The position numbers were made by a program, and so were the translations under genes. Below, one piece after another: positions 9,563 to 21,528 of a stretch of DNA of 56,286 bases. Source of the DNA: Burkholderiaceae bacterium. Lineage in GTDB: Bacteria > Pseudomonadota > Gammaproteobacteria > Burkholderiales > Burkholderiaceae_C. Within the stretch, counting starts at the first letter, position 1; every line of letters begins with the position of its first letter. Under the pieces are notes generated by a model. It was not told the origin of the DNA. It made no database searches and saw only the letters and a list, made by a program, of their open reading frames with translations. The DNA lies in assembly GCA_030653255.1 (NCBI GenBank), contig JAURZS010000019.1, forward strand, positions 1-56,286, given 5' to 3'.

Positions 9563-10978
9563 ATGGCAAAGACCGTCGCAGACGTCATGAAAATGGTGAA
9601 GGAAAACGAAGTCAAGTTCGTTGATTTCCGCTTCGCCGACACCCGGGGCAAAGAGCAGCACGTGACGGTGCCTGTGTCGCATTTCGACGAGGACAAGTTC
9701 AGTTCCGGCCACGCCTTCGACGGTTCGTCCATCGCCGGCTGGAAGGGCATCGAGGCCTCGGACATGCAACTCATGCCCGATCCCAACACGGCCTTTGTCG
9801 ATCCTTTCTACGAAGAACCCACGCTGGCCCTCAAGTGCGATGTGGTCGAGCCCAGCGACGGCAAGTCCTATGACCGCGACCCGCGCTCCATTGCCAAGCG
9901 CGCTGAAGCCTACCTCAAGGCCTCGGGCATGGGCGACACCGCCTACTTCGGCCCGGAACCCGAATTCTTCATCTTTGACGACGTGCGCTGGGGCGCCGAC
10001 ATGTCGGGCTCCTTCGTCAAGATCGACGAATACGAAGCCTCCTGGAACACCGGCACCAAAATGGACGGCGGCAACAAGGGCCACCGTCCCACCGTCAAGG
10101 GCGGCTACTTTCCCGTGCCGCCGGTGGACAGCACGCAGGACATGCGCGCCGAGATGTCCCTGATCCTCGAATCCCTGGGCATCCCGGTCGAGGTCTTTCA
10201 CCACGAAGTGGCTGGCGCCGGCCAGAACGAACTCGGCACCAAGTTCAGCACGCTGGTAGAACGCGCCGACTGGACCCAGACCCTCAAGTACGTGGTCTGG
10301 AACGTGGCCCATGCCTATGGCAAGACCGCCACATTCATGCCCAAGCCCATCGTCGGCGACAACGGCTCAGGCATGCACGTGCACCAGTCGGTCTGGAAGG
10401 ACGGCAAGAACCTGTTCGCCGGCGACGGCTATGCCGGTCTGAGCGAATTCGCGCTGTATTACATCGGCGGCATCATCAAGCATGCTCGTGCGCTGAATGC
10501 CATCACCAACCCCGGCACCAACAGCTACAAGCGCCTGGTCCCCGGCTTTGAGGCGCCCGTCAAGCTGGCCTACTCGGCACGCAATCGCTCGGCTTCGATC
10601 CGCATCCCCTATGTGGCCAACCCCAAGGGCCGCCGCATCGAGGCGCGCTTCCCCGATCCGCTGGCCAACCCCTATCTGTGCTTCTCCGCACTGCTGATGG
10701 CCGGCCTCGATGGTGTCGAAAACAAGATTCACCCCGGCGAGGCCGCAACCAAGGACCTCTACCATCTGCCGCCCGAAGAAGACGCGAAGGTTCCCACCGT
10801 TTGCCACAGCCTGGATCAGGCTCTGGAGTACCTCGACAAGGACCGTGCGTTCCTGACCAAGGGCGGCGTTTTCACCGACTCCATGCTCGACGCCTACATC
10901 GAGCTCAAGATGGGCGAAGTCACGCGCATGCGCATGACCACGCACCCGATTGAGTTTGATATGTACTACTCGCTGTAA
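9563..10978 (+). CDS. glnA: glutamine synthetase type I
   Basis: [25 protein letters not shown]-terminus, and the adenylylation-site region NLYDLPPEE-like [10 protein letters not shown]. 471 aa. GGAGAA lies upstream of the ATG. Confidence 0.97.
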   Translation: MAKTVADVMKMVKENEVKFVDFRFADTRGKEQHVTVPVSHFDEDKFSSGHAFDGSSIAGWKGIEASDMQLMPDPNTAFVDPFYEEPTLALKCDVVEPSDGKSYDRDPRSIAKRAEAYLKASGMGDTAYFGPEPEFFIFDDVRWGADMSGSFVKIDEYEASWNTGTKMDGGNKGHRPTVKGGYFPVPPVDSTQDMRAEMSLILESLGIPVEVFHHEVAGAGQNELGTKFSTLVERADWTQTLKYVVWNVAHAYGKTATFMPKPIVGDNGSGMHVHQSVWKDGKNLFAGDGYAGLSEFALYYIGGIIKHARALNAITNPGTNSYKRLVPGFEAPVKLAYSARNRSASIRIPYVANPKGRRIEARFPDPLANPYLCFSALLMAGLDGVENKIHPGEAATKDLYHLPPEEDAKVPTVCHSLDQALEYLDKDRAFLTKGGVFTDSMLDAYIELKMGEVTRMRMTTHPIEFDMYYSL

Positions 10979-11000
10979 TTTTTTACAGTGTGGTGATAAA

Positions 11001-11028
11001 AGGACGGCGCAGGCCGTCCTTTTTCTTT
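11001..11028 (+). terminator. rho-independent terminator after glnA
   Basis: AGGACGGC-gcag-GCCGTCCT perfect 8-bp stem followed by TTTTCTTT. Confidence 0.8.
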
Positions 11029-11083
11029 GGTGCAAAAGCCCTTGTTTTGCAATGGTGCCAGTTTGCGACATACTGGCAGGTCA

Positions 11084-11599
11084 ATGAAATACGCCACCTG
11101 GATTCCAGTCGCCGCTATTCTTCTTGTAGCAAATGGCCATGCGCAAAGTGGCAATGTCTACCGTTGCGGCACCAATGAGTACACCGACAACACCGCCGTG
11201 GCCCAGGCCCGGGGTTGCAAGCTTATCGATGGCGGGGGTGTGACGGTCATTCATGGCACGCGCGTGCGGCCCCCGGCGTCCGTGGCCACCCCTGCCACGG
11301 CGACACCGACCGTGCGGGTGGCCACTGCGTCCCAGTCTGCCTCCGGCCAGGCCGAACAGCGCGCCCGCGACGCCGACGCACGCGCCATACTCGAATCCGA
11401 ACTGCGCAAGGCCGAGGCCAGGCACGCGGAACTTCAGCGCGAATACAACAAGGGCGAGCCCGAGAAACTGGGCCCCGAGACCCGCAACCACCAGAAATAC
11501 CTTGACCGGGTGGCCGAGCTCAAGGCCGCCTTGACCCGCAATGAAAGTGATATCGCCGGCATCAAGCGTGAATTGAGCCGCCTTCCTGCGTCAAAATAG
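11084..11599 (+). CDS. DUF4124 domain protein (secreted, coiled-coil C-terminus)
   Basis: Signal peptide MKYATWIPVAAILLVANGHA followed by VYRC..NEYTD, typical of DUF4124. From memory this gene commonly sits between glnA and ntrB in betaproteobacteria. Confidence 0.75.
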   Translation: MKYATWIPVAAILLVANGHAQSGNVYRCGTNEYTDNTAVAQARGCKLIDGGGVTVIHGTRVRPPASVATPATATPTVRVATASQSASGQAEQRARDADARAILESELRKAEARHAELQREYNKGEPEKLGPETRNHQKYLDRVAELKAALTRNESDIAGIKRELSRLPASK

Positions 11600-11604
11600 G
11601 CGGC

Positions 11605-12675
11605 TTGAGCACCGCCCACACCTCCGCGTCGCGCTTTCAGTCCCTGGATCTGCTGGCCACCCTGGTGGCTGTGGTGCGGGGTGACGGCATGGTCATCTTT
11701 GCCAATTCCGCGCTGGAGGATGCCCTGGGGACCTCGCGCCGCACCATCGAAGGCGCGCCGTTTCCAGACTCCTTCACCGAGCCCCTGATCCTGCAGAATG
11801 CGCTGGAGGGCGCCGGCAGCAACGAGTTTGCGGCCCTGCGCTACGACGCCTGGCTCAAGCGCCTGAACCACGAGCCGCTGCCGGTGCATGTGATCGTGGC
11901 CCAGACCGAACTGCCGGGCGAGATCATCGTCGAGATGATCCCGCTGGAGCAGCAGGCCAGGCAGGATCGCGAGGAGCGACTGATCGATCAGGCCCAGGCC
12001 AACAAAGAGCTGATCCGCAACCTGGCCCATGAAATCAAGAACCCGCTGGGCGGTATCCGAGGCGCGGCCCAGTTGCTGGAGATGGAGATCGAATCGCGCG
12101 AGTTGAAGGAGTACACCCAGGTCATCATCCACGAGGCCGACCGCCTGCAGTCCCTGGTCGACCGCCTGCTGGCGCCGCATCGCCGGCCCCATGTGGTGGG
12201 CGACGTCAACATTCACGAGGTCTGCGAGCGGGTGCGTTCGCTGATCCTGGCCGAGTTCCCGCGTGGCCTGAAAGTGCTGCGGGAGTACGACACCTCGATC
12301 CCCGAATTCCGCGGCGACCGCGAGCAACTGATCCAGGCCGTGCTCAATATCGCCCACAACGCCTGCCAGGCCCTGGCCGAGCGCATAGCCCGAGGCGACG
12401 CGAAACTGATTTTCCGTACGCGCATTGCCCGCCAGGTGACCTTTGGCAAGCAGCGCTATCGACTGGCATTGGAATTGCATGTCATTGACAACGGGCCCGG
12501 TGTGCCGGACTCGATCAAGGACCGGATTTTCTATCCGCTGGTGTCAGGTCGCGAAGGCGGCTCGGGACTGGGGCTGACGTTGGCGCAAACCTTCGTGCAG
12601 CAGCATCACGGCCTGGTCGAGTGTGACAGCGTTCCCGGCCGCACGGATTTCAAGATGTTGATTCCGTTACCCTGA
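11605..12675 (+). CDS. ntrB: nitrogen regulation sensor histidine kinase NtrB
   Basis: H-box LAHEIKNPLGGIRGAAQLL, N-box NACQA and G-boxes DNGPGVP / GGSGLGL. TTG start. Confidence 0.9.
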   Translation: MSTAHTSASRFQSLDLLATLVAVVRGDGMVIFANSALEDALGTSRRTIEGAPFPDSFTEPLILQNALEGAGSNEFAALRYDAWLKRLNHEPLPVHVIVAQTELPGEIIVEMIPLEQQARQDREERLIDQAQANKELIRNLAHEIKNPLGGIRGAAQLLEMEIESRELKEYTQVIIHEADRLQSLVDRLLAPHRRPHVVGDVNIHEVCERVRSLILAEFPRGLKVLREYDTSIPEFRGDREQLIQAVLNIAHNACQALAERIARGDAKLIFRTRIARQVTFGKQRYRLALELHVIDNGPGVPDSIKDRIFYPLVSGREGGSGLGLTLAQTFVQQHHGLVECDSVPGRTDFKMLIPLP

Positions 12676-12720
12676 CAGTGCGCACGCATGCTGCGTTGAA
12701 CCGAGGCAACAGAGAAACCG

Positions 12721-14316
<1,596 letters not shown>

Positions 14317-14330
14317 GGGCCGCCTGCGGC

Positions 14331-15104
14331 TCAGAATTCAGCGATGACAGGCGCGTGGTCGCTGGGGCGTTCGTTCTTGCGCGGTGCGCGGTCGATGGTG
14401 CAGGCCTTGAGCCGGTCGCGCAGCGCCGCGCTGACCAGGATGTGATCAATGCGCAGGCCCCGGTTGCGCCGAAAAGCCATCTCGCGGTAGTCCCACCACG
14501 AAAAGCTCTTGTCGGCTTGTTCAAAGCAGCGGTAGGCGTCTTGCAGGCCCAACGCCAGCAAGGCCTTGAAGTGATCGCGCTCTTCGGTCGTGTGGTGGAT
14601 GGTCTCGCGCAGACCCTCGGGGTCGTGGGAGTCCCGATCTTCCGGCGCAATGTTGAAGTCGCCGACGAGGGCCAGCCTCGGATGCAGGGAGATCTCCTGG
14701 CGGACCCAGTTGTGCAGGCCACTCAGCCACCTCATCTTGTACTCGAATTTTTCGGTTGCTGGCGCGTTGCCGTTGACAAAGTAGCCGTTGATCAGGCGCA
14801 GTTCACCGAACTCTGTGTCCATGGTGCCGGCGATCACGCGCGCCTGCTCGTCGTCGAAGCCGGCGATGTTGCGGACCACGTCGCGCAGTGGCGAACGGCT
14901 CACGATGGCCACGCCGTTGTAGGTTTTCTGGCCGAAGCACACGCTGTGGTAGCCCAGGGCCTCGAATTCCTGGTGCGGAAACTTGTCGTCGGTGAGCTTG
15001 AGCTCCTGCAAGGCCAGAGCGTCCACCGGCTGGGTCTGCAGCCAGGTCAGGACCTGCGGCAGGCGGATGGTCAGGGAGTTGACGTTCCAGGAGGCAAGTT
15101 TCAT
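14331..15104 (-). CDS. xthA: exodeoxyribonuclease III
   Basis: MKLASWNVNSL...LQELK N-terminus and C-terminal PSDHAPV motif. Confidence 0.92.
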   Translation of the reverse strand: MKLASWNVNSLTIRLPQVLTWLQTQPVDALALQELKLTDDKFPHQEFEALGYHSVCFGQKTYNGVAIVSRSPLRDVVRNIAGFDDEQARVIAGTMDTEFGELRLINGYFVNGNAPATEKFEYKMRWLSGLHNWVRQEISLHPRLALVGDFNIAPEDRDSHDPEGLRETIHHTTEERDHFKALLALGLQDAYRCFEQADKSFSWWDYREMAFRRNRGLRIDHILVSAALRDRLKACTIDRAPRKNERPSDHAPVIAEF

Positions 15105-15107
15105 GGC

Positions 15108-15689
15108 TCAGAGGTGAAGGATCGCCAGCCCGCCGATGACCAGCCCCACGCCAGCCACTGCAAACATGCCGTATTCCAGCCACTTTTTGCGAGTGAGCAG
15201 CGCGATCGCCGCCAGGGCGATGGCCACTTGCAAGACGGTCGTGGCCTGGGCCCAGCGATGGTGCTGATGCATCTGCTGTTCGCTGCGCTGGTCCCAGGCG
15301 GTGGCTTCGGCCTCCATCTTGTCAGCTACGGTCTTGATCTCGCCTTTTTCGCGCTCGTAGCGGTCAACCCGGGCCTGATAGGGCGCCCGCTTGTCCTCAG
15401 GGGCCAGATCGCGGGCCAATTCGGCCAGGGACTGCTTGGTGCTTTTGGCCTGAAAGTAGTTCCACTGGTTGGAGGCTTCGGTTTTCTTGATGGCCGCGTT
15501 GTTCTTGAAAAGGCCCGCATTGGCCTGCGTCGCACCACCCATGTAGGAGAAGATGGCGCCCACGGTGGCGATGATCGCCGTGAACATGGCAATCTGGTTG
15601 ACCATGCCGTTGCCGCCGTGGGCAGACTGTGCCGCGTGTTCCAACTCGTGGTCGTGCGGGCCGTGCACGTGAAATCCGGTGCCTGACAT
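15108..15689 (-). CDS. DUF4337 domain membrane protein
   Basis: EASNQWNYFQAKSTKQ and C-terminal TM helices as in DUF4337 proteins. Confidence 0.7.
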   Translation of the reverse strand: MSGTGFHVHGPHDHELEHAAQSAHGGNGMVNQIAMFTAIIATVGAIFSYMGGATQANAGLFKNNAAIKKTEASNQWNYFQAKSTKQSLAELARDLAPEDKRAPYQARVDRYEREKGEIKTVADKMEAEATAWDQRSEQQMHQHHRWAQATTVLQVAIALAAIALLTRKKWLEYGMFAVAGVGLVIGGLAILHL

Positions 15690-15699
15690 GGCGTGTCCT

Positions 15700-15734
15700 C
15701 AAAATGAACGGGGCCGGCGCTCGGCGCCGGCCCC
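15700..15734 (-). terminator. probable rho-independent terminator after the USP genes
   Basis: GGGGCCGGCGC-tcg-GCGCCGGCCCC perfect 11-bp stem (15710-15734). On the minus strand it is followed by a TTTT run (AAAA at 15701-15704 on the plus strand). Confidence 0.65.
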
Positions 15735-15748
15735 CTCTCCCGGGTTGC

Positions 15749-16171
15749 TTACTTGACCAGCAGCAGGGGAATGTCGCACTGGGTGACGACCTTCTGGGCA
15801 ACGCTGCCCAGCAAGGCACGCCCGACCAGGCCGTGACCATGGGTGCCCATGACGATCATGTGCGCCTTCTCTGATTTGGCCGTGCTGACGATTTCATCGG
15901 CTGCTATCCCGACCTTCCAGGTGCAGCGCGAACGCACCGGGTGGCGGGCCAGAAAGCGCTCGATCGGTCCGAGCACCTTGGCTGCCTCGTCGGCGTGGTA
16001 GTCCTTGATTGCTGCAGAGCCGAGCAACTTTGCCACCCGGGACGGCACAGGCGCCTGGACGTGCAGCACGACCAGCTCGTCGGTGGGGCCCGCAAGACCT
16101 TCATGGGTCATGAGGAAAGCCAAAGCCTTCTTGGTGAATTTGCTGCCGTCTGCAGCAAGGAGGATCTTCAT
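15749..16171 (-). CDS. universal stress protein (UspA family)
   Basis: MKILLAADGS...IVMGTHGHGLVGRALLGSVAQKVV...PLLLVK, a canonical USP ATP-binding motif. Confidence 0.88.
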   Translation of the reverse strand: MKILLAADGSKFTKKALAFLMTHEGLAGPTDELVVLHVQAPVPSRVAKLLGSAAIKDYHADEAAKVLGPIERFLARHPVRSRCTWKVGIAADEIVSTAKSEKAHMIVMGTHGHGLVGRALLGSVAQKVVTQCDIPLLLVK

Positions 16172-16202
16172 CGAAATGCCTTTCTTTTTCTATAGTCCGT
16201 GT

Positions 16203-16646
16203 TCAGCGCAATACCAGGACCGGGGTCGAGCCATGGGTCAGCACATGCTGGGTTTCGCTGCCGAGCAGCACGCGCGACAGGCCCTTGCGGCCATGGGAAG
16301 CCATGACGATCAAGTCGCACTTGTGCTTCTTGCTGGCCGAGATGATCGACTCTGCGACCAGATCGGAGCGCGCGACCACAGCCTTGGTCTTGACGCCCCT
16401 GCTTTCTGCGGCGGTTTTCAGTGCGTCGACGACGGACTGACCCTTTTCGGCCCATTGCTTTTCAGTGCGCGCGACTTCCTGCGGGGACACCGTGATGCTG
16501 CCTTCGAAGTAGCTCACCGGGTAGCGGGGCACGACATACAGTGCGACCAACTCTGCCCCCACGGCGGCAGCCAGATCGATGGCGCTGCGCTGGGCTTTTT
16601 TGGACAGGGTGGAACCGTCGGTGGCGACGAGAATACGTTGATACAT
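16203..16646 (-). CDS. universal stress protein (UspA family)
   Basis: MYQRILVATDGS...IVMASHGRKGLSRVLLGSETQHVL...PVLVLR. Confidence 0.88.
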   Translation of the reverse strand: MYQRILVATDGSTLSKKAQRSAIDLAAAVGAELVALYVVPRYPVSYFEGSITVSPQEVARTEKQWAEKGQSVVDALKTAAESRGVKTKAVVARSDLVAESIISASKKHKCDLIVMASHGRKGLSRVLLGSETQHVLTHGSTPVLVLR

Positions 16647-16710
16647 GATGTTTCCTCCAGGTGGTTGATGGTCAGCTTATATAGCTTAGGATCGGGATTG
16701 TGCCCCGGTT

Positions 16711-16724
16711 TTGATCCAGGTCAA
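16711..16724. promoter_or_regulatory. FNR/Anr box (TTGATCCAGGTCAA)
   Basis: Matches TTGAT-N4-ATCAA at 9/10 half-site positions. Located in the divergent usp / ccoI intergenic region, centred about 71 nt from the usp ATG and about 41 nt from the ccoI ATG. Confidence 0.7.
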
Positions 16725-16758
16725 GCATACTTCGAACACTAGGACCTAGCCTCACTCC

Positions 16759-19077
16759 ATGCAGAACTCATTGTCGTTCGACGCCGGCGCGGCGCTCAGG
16801 GAGTCGCGACGAGGCGTGCTGGACGATCCGGCGCAATGGCCGGAATTCAGCCGTGCGCTTCCCCGGCAACCCGATCTGCTGGAGAGTTACTTCGCCATTG
16901 AGGGCATGTACTGCGCGGCTTGCTCATTGACGGTCGAAGCCCTTCTTCGCAAGCAAACCGGCATCGAGCAGGTGCAGGTCAGCGGCGCCAGCGCCGTGGC
17001 GCGTGTTGTCTGGTCGCCACAGCACGGCCGGCCTTCTGCCTGGGTGAACGCACTGGAGGCGGCGGGCTATGGGGCGGTTCCGGCCGGCGACATGTTTGCT
17101 GCGCGTCCGCGCCTGCAGGCGCAACGCCTCATGCTGTGGCGCTGGCTGGTGGCAGCGTTCTGCATGATGCAGGTCATGATGTACGCCACGCCGGTCTATC
17201 TGGCGCGGCCCGACGAAATCACGCCGGACATCGAGGCGCTGCTGCGCTGGGCGTCCTGGATACTGACGCTGCCGGTGCTGCTGTTTTCCTGCCGTCCCTT
17301 TTTCGATTCGGCGCTGCGTGATCTGCGCCACGGGCGCATCGGCATGGATGTTCCCGTGGCGCTGGGCGTGCTCATCGCCTTTGGCGCGAGCACGGCTGCG
17401 ACCTTCGACAGGAGCGGCCCGCTGGGCGGCGAGGTCTGGTACGACTCGGTGACGATGTTCGTGTTTTTCCTGCTTTCCGGCCGCTTGCTGGAGGCGCGGC
17501 TGCGCAACCGGACCGCCGGCGCGCTGGAAGCGCTGATGCGCCGCCTGCCTGATAGCGTCGAGTGCCGGCGGGCCGACGGCGAGTTTCGGCGCGTCTCGGC
17601 GCGCAGGTTGGTGGTGGGCGACGTCGTGCGCGTGCTGCCCGGAGAGGTGTTTCCGGCCGACGGCACTGTGCTCACCGGCGACAGCCAGGTCGACGAGGCC
17701 TTGCTTACCGGTGAGTCGCACCCCCTGTCGCGCCACGCTGGCCAGACGGTGATTGCGGGGAGCCACAACCTCAGCGGCCCCCTGGTGCTGCAGGTCGACC
17801 GGCTGGGCCCGCAAACGCGCTATGCCCAGATCGTGGCGCTGATGGAGCAGGCATCGGCGAGCAAGCCCAGGCTGGCGCTGCTGGCCGACCGGATCGCAGG
17901 GCACTTCCTGCTGGGTGTTTTGCTGGCGAGCGCCGGCGCTGCGGCCTGGTGGTGGGCTGCGGGCCCGGCGCACGCGGTGGGAGTGGCCGTGGCGGTGCTG
18001 ATTGTGACCTGTCCCTGCGCGCTCTCGCTGGCCACGCCTGCGGCTACGCTTGCCGCTGCCGGGGCCCTGGCGCGCCGCGGCGTGCTGGTGCGCGATCTCG
18101 CAGCCCTGGAGGCGGCCGCCCGCGTGGATACGGTGGTCTTTGACAAGACCGGAACCCTGACCGAGGATCGCATGCGGGTGCAGGACACCCGCGTGCGTTC
18201 CGGCCTGGCGCCGGTGGAGGCGCAGCAGCTGGCCGCCACCTTGGCCGCGCAGTCCCTGCATCCGGTGTCGCGGGCCATCGCGCGCGAGTTTTCATCGCAG
18301 GCTTTCACTGCCAGCGAGGTCGGCGAGTCGGCAGGGCAGGGCGTGCAAGGCCGGGTCGTGCCCGTGGCCGGCGGACCGGCGCGGCTACTGAGGCTGGGCT
18401 CGGCCGCATTTTGTGGCGTGTCGCCGGCCGACGACAACGGCGCAGACGACACCGTGCAGGCCGCTGGCGGCTCCCGGGTGCATCTGGCCGATGAAAGCGG
18501 CTGGCTGGCCACCTTCACACTGGAAGAGGCGATTCGGCCCGATGCCCAGGAGGCGGTGGCGGCCCTGCGCCGGCTCGGCATGAGCGTGCAACTGCTGTCC
18601 GGCGACCGCGACGCTTCGGTGCGCGCGCTGGCTGCGCGTGTGGGCATCGAGCAGGTGTTTGGTGAACGCTCGCCGCAGGACAAGCTGGCGCATGTGCGCG
18701 CTTTGCAGCAGGCTGGCCACTGCGTGGCCATGGTCGGCGACGGGCTCAACGACGGGCCGGTGCTGGCCTGCGCCGATGTCTCCATCGCCATGGGGCATGG
18801 AGCCGCCTTGTCGCAGGCCCGGTCGGATTTTGTGGCCATGAGCAGCCGCATCGCATCGCTTGTTGCGCCTTTGCAGCAGGCTGGTCGGACCCGGCGGGTG
18901 GTGCGCCAGAATCTGGTATGGGCTGCGGCCTACAACGCCGTATGCGTGCCCTTGGCGGTCATGGGAGCTATGCCACCCTGGCTGGCGGGGCTGGGCATGG
19001 CGGGCAGTTCACTGCTCGTGATCCTGAATTCTGCGCGCCTGTCGCGCCTGTCTGCGGATACCATGGGCCACTGCTGA
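16759..19077 (+). CDS. ccoI: copper-translocating P-type ATPase for cbb3 oxidase maturation (CcoI/FixI)
   Basis: N-terminal GMYCAACS metal-binding motif, TGES, CPC, DKTGTLT and GDGLNDGP motifs. Followed by ccoS. Confidence 0.9.
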   Translation: MQNSLSFDAGAALRESRRGVLDDPAQWPEFSRALPRQPDLLESYFAIEGMYCAACSLTVEALLRKQTGIEQVQVSGASAVARVVWSPQHGRPSAWVNALEAAGYGAVPAGDMFAARPRLQAQRLMLWRWLVAAFCMMQVMMYATPVYLARPDEITPDIEALLRWASWILTLPVLLFSCRPFFDSALRDLRHGRIGMDVPVALGVLIAFGASTAATFDRSGPLGGEVWYDSVTMFVFFLLSGRLLEARLRNRTAGALEALMRRLPDSVECRRADGEFRRVSARRLVVGDVVRVLPGEVFPADGTVLTGDSQVDEALLTGESHPLSRHAGQTVIAGSHNLSGPLVLQVDRLGPQTRYAQIVALMEQASASKPRLALLADRIAGHFLLGVLLASAGAAAWWWAAGPAHAVGVAVAVLIVTCPCALSLATPAATLAAAGALARRGVLVRDLAALEAAARVDTVVFDKTGTLTEDRMRVQDTRVRSGLAPVEAQQLAATLAAQSLHPVSRAIAREFSSQAFTASEVGESAGQGVQGRVVPVAGGPARLLRLGSAAFCGVSPADDNGADDTVQAAGGSRVHLADESGWLATFTLEEAIRPDAQEAVAALRRLGMSVQLLSGDRDASVRALAARVGIEQVFGERSPQDKLAHVRALQQAGHCVAMVGDGLNDGPVLACADVSIAMGHGAALSQARSDFVAMSSRIASLVAPLQQAGRTRRVVRQNLVWAAAYNAVCVPLAVMGAMPPWLAGLGMAGSSLLVILNSARLSRLSADTMGHC

Positions 19078-19214
19078 TGGACATTCTTTTTGTATTGATT
19101 CCCTTGTCGGTCGCGTTGGCCCTGATGATTCTGGGGGCGCTGGCCTGGGCCGTATGGAGCGGCCAGTTCGAGTCCGTCGAAGCCGAGGGCGAGCGCATAT
19201 TGCATTCGGATTGA
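19077..19214 (+). CDS. ccoS: cbb3-type cytochrome oxidase assembly protein CcoS/FixS
   Basis: 45-aa MDILFVLIPLSVALALMILGALAWAVWSGQFESVEAEGERILHSD. Its ATG overlaps the ccoI TGA (ATGA-type coupling). Confidence 0.8.
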   Translation: MDILFVLIPLSVALALMILGALAWAVWSGQFESVEAEGERILHSD

Positions 19215-19224
19215 CATACGTCAA
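19211..19224. promoter_or_regulatory. FNR/Anr box (TTGACATACGTCAA) upstream of ccoN
   Basis: Perfect dyad TTGAC-N4-GTCAA centred about 66 nt upstream of the ccoN ATG. Confidence 0.8.
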
Positions 19225-19283
19225 CAACCGCATGGCGATCGCCATCGACACTCATTCCGATTCACGATGAAAGGTGTATTTCC

Positions 19284-20717
19284 ATGAACGACAGTCCCGC
19301 GCCCACGGCGTTCTACGACGATACCGTCGTACGCCAGTTTTCGCTGATGGCTGTGGTATGGGGCGTGGTCGGCATGCTGGTCGGCCTGCTCATCGCCGCG
19401 CAGCTTGCCTGGCCGGAGCTGAATTTCGGCGTGCCCTGGTTGAGCTACGGCCGGCTGCGTCCGCTGCACACCAACGCCGTGATCTTCGCCTTCGGCGGCT
19501 GCGCGCTGTTTGCCACCAGCTATTACGTGGTGCAGCGCACCTGCCACGTGTCGCTGTTCATGAAGCAACTGGCAAGTTTTCATTTCTGGGCCTGGCAGGC
19601 GGTGATTGTCGCTGCGGCGATCAGCCTGCCGCTGGGCTACACCTCCGGCAAGGAGTACGCCGAACTGGAGTGGCCCATCGACATCCTGATCACGCTGGCC
19701 TGGGTGGCTTATGCCGTCGTGTTCTTCGGCACCATCGGGCGGCGCCGGGTGCGCCACATCTACGTCGCCAACTGGTTCTACGGCGCCTTCATCCTGACGG
19801 TGGCCGTGCTGCATCTGGTCAACAGCGCTGCCATTCCGGCCGGCTGGATGAAATCGTATTCCGCGTATGCGGGTGTGCAGGACGCGATGATTCAGTGGTG
19901 GTACGGTCATAACGCCGTGGGATTTTTCCTCACTGCTGGCTTTCTCGGGATGATGTACTACTTTATCCCTAAGCAGGCCGAGCGGCCGATCTACAGCTAC
20001 CGGCTGTCCATCGTCCATTTCTGGGCGCTGATCTTCACCTACATGTGGGCCGGCCCGCACCATCTGCACTATACGGCGCTGCCGGACTGGACGCAGTCGG
20101 TCGGCATGGTGTTTTCTCTGATCCTGCTGGCGCCGAGCTGGGGCGGCATGATCAATGGCGTCATGACGCTGTCGGGCGCCTGGCACAAGCTGCGCGACGA
20201 TCCCGTGCTGCGCTTCATGATCGTGTCGCTGTCGTTCTACGGCATGAGCACCTTCGAGGGGCCCATGATGTCGATCAAGACCGTCAATGCGCTGTCGCAT
20301 TACACCGACTGGACCGTGGGGCATGTGCACTCCGGCGCGCTGGGCTGGGTCGGGCTGATCTCGATGGGTTCGCTGTACTACCTGATTCCGCGCCTGTTCG
20401 GCCTGAAGAAGATGTATTCCATTCCGGCGATCGAGCTGCATTTCTGGATTTCCACCATCGGCATCGTGCTGTACATCGCCGCCATGTGGATCGCCGGCGT
20501 GATGCAGGGCCTGATGTGGCGCGGCATCAACGCCGACGGCACCCTGACCTACACCTTCGTCGAGAGCGTGAAGGCGACGTATCCGTTCTATGTAGTGCGC
20601 TTCCTCGGCGGTGCGCTGTATCTGTTCGGCATGCTGGTCATGGTGTGGAACACCTGGATGACCGTGGGGCAGGGGCGCTCCACGCGTGTGCCGGTGGCCG
20701 TTCCTGCCGCAGCCTGA
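19284..20717 (+). CDS. ccoN: cytochrome c oxidase cbb3-type subunit I
   Basis: 477-aa, 12+ TM heme-copper oxidase with YGHNAVGFF and HHLHYT... motifs. Confidence 0.96.
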   Translation: MNDSPAPTAFYDDTVVRQFSLMAVVWGVVGMLVGLLIAAQLAWPELNFGVPWLSYGRLRPLHTNAVIFAFGGCALFATSYYVVQRTCHVSLFMKQLASFHFWAWQAVIVAAAISLPLGYTSGKEYAELEWPIDILITLAWVAYAVVFFGTIGRRRVRHIYVANWFYGAFILTVAVLHLVNSAAIPAGWMKSYSAYAGVQDAMIQWWYGHNAVGFFLTAGFLGMMYYFIPKQAERPIYSYRLSIVHFWALIFTYMWAGPHHLHYTALPDWTQSVGMVFSLILLAPSWGGMINGVMTLSGAWHKLRDDPVLRFMIVSLSFYGMSTFEGPMMSIKTVNALSHYTDWTVGHVHSGALGWVGLISMGSLYYLIPRLFGLKKMYSIPAIELHFWISTIGIVLYIAAMWIAGVMQGLMWRGINADGTLTYTFVESVKATYPFYVVRFLGGALYLFGMLVMVWNTWMTVGQGRSTRVPVAVPAAA

Positions 20718-20730
20718 GGGAGTCAAGACA

Positions 20731-21360
20731 ATGAGTGAAAAGCAAGATTCGAATGCCGGTTTCTCCCACGAGAAGATCGAGACCAACAACTTCCTGATGA
20801 TCCTGCTGATCCTGCTGGTGGTTGCCGTCGGCGGCCTGGTGGAGATCGTTCCGCTGTTCTTCCAGAAGTCGATGACTGAAGCGGTCACCGGCGTCAAGCC
20901 GTATACCGCGCTGCAGCAGGCGGGGCGCGACATCTATCTGCGCGAAGGCTGCTACAACTGCCATTCGCAGATGATCCGGCCGTTCCGCGCCGAGACGCTG
21001 CGCTACGGGCATTACTCGGTGGCCGGCGAATTCGTCTACGACCACCCCTTCCAGTGGGGCAGCAAGCGTACCGGCCCCGACCTGCACCGGGTGGGCGGCA
21101 AGTACAGCGACGAATGGCATCGCATCCACCTGAACAACCCGCGCGATCTGGTGCCGGAGTCCAATATGCCCGCCTATTCCTGGCTGAACGGCAACCTGGT
21201 CGATCCGGCCGAAATGGCCCCGCGCATGAAGGCCTTGCGCATGGTGGGCGTGCCTTACTCCGATGCCGAGATCGCCGAGGCGGGGGCGCAGGTCAAGGGC
21301 AAGACAGAGATGGACGCGCTGGTGTCCTATCTGCAAGTGCTTGGCCGGGCCATCAAGTAA
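20731..21360 (+). CDS. ccoO: cytochrome c oxidase cbb3-type subunit II (monoheme)
   Basis: [19 protein letters not shown]..., heme motif [23 protein letters not shown]. Confidence 0.95.
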   Translation: MSEKQDSNAGFSHEKIETNNFLMILLILLVVAVGGLVEIVPLFFQKSMTEAVTGVKPYTALQQAGRDIYLREGCYNCHSQMIRPFRAETLRYGHYSVAGEFVYDHPFQWGSKRTGPDLHRVGGKYSDEWHRIHLNNPRDLVPESNMPAYSWLNGNLVDPAEMAPRMKALRMVGVPYSDAEIAEAGAQVKGKTEMDALVSYLQVLGRAIK

Positions 21361-21375
21361 CCCAGGGGAAACACC

Positions 21376-21513
21376 ATGGACGTCAACACCTTGCGCATCA
21401 TTGCCACGCTGGCCTGCCTCGTCACCTTCATCGGCATTTTCGCCTGGGCCTGGGCCCGGAGAAATCAAGCCGCGTTCGACGAAGCGGCGCGCATTCCCTT
21501 CGATCAGGACTGA
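21376..21513 (+). CDS. ccoQ: cbb3-type oxidase subunit CcoQ
   Basis: 45-aa single-TM ORF MDVNTLRIIATLACLVTFIGIFAWAWARRNQAAFDEAARIPFDQD. It is below the ORF-track cutoff and sits in the canonical position between ccoO and ccoP. Confidence 0.65.
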   Translation: MDVNTLRIIATLACLVTFIGIFAWAWARRNQAAFDEAARIPFDQD

Positions 21514-21528
21514 CCCTGGAGTTTCACG

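Noticed and set aside
11053-11067. Sigma-54-like element TGGTGCCAGTTTGCG upstream of the DUF4124 gene.
   Set aside because: GG and GC are separated by 9 nt rather than the required 10, and the -24 box deviates (TGGTGC). It is not confident enough to call as a promoter.
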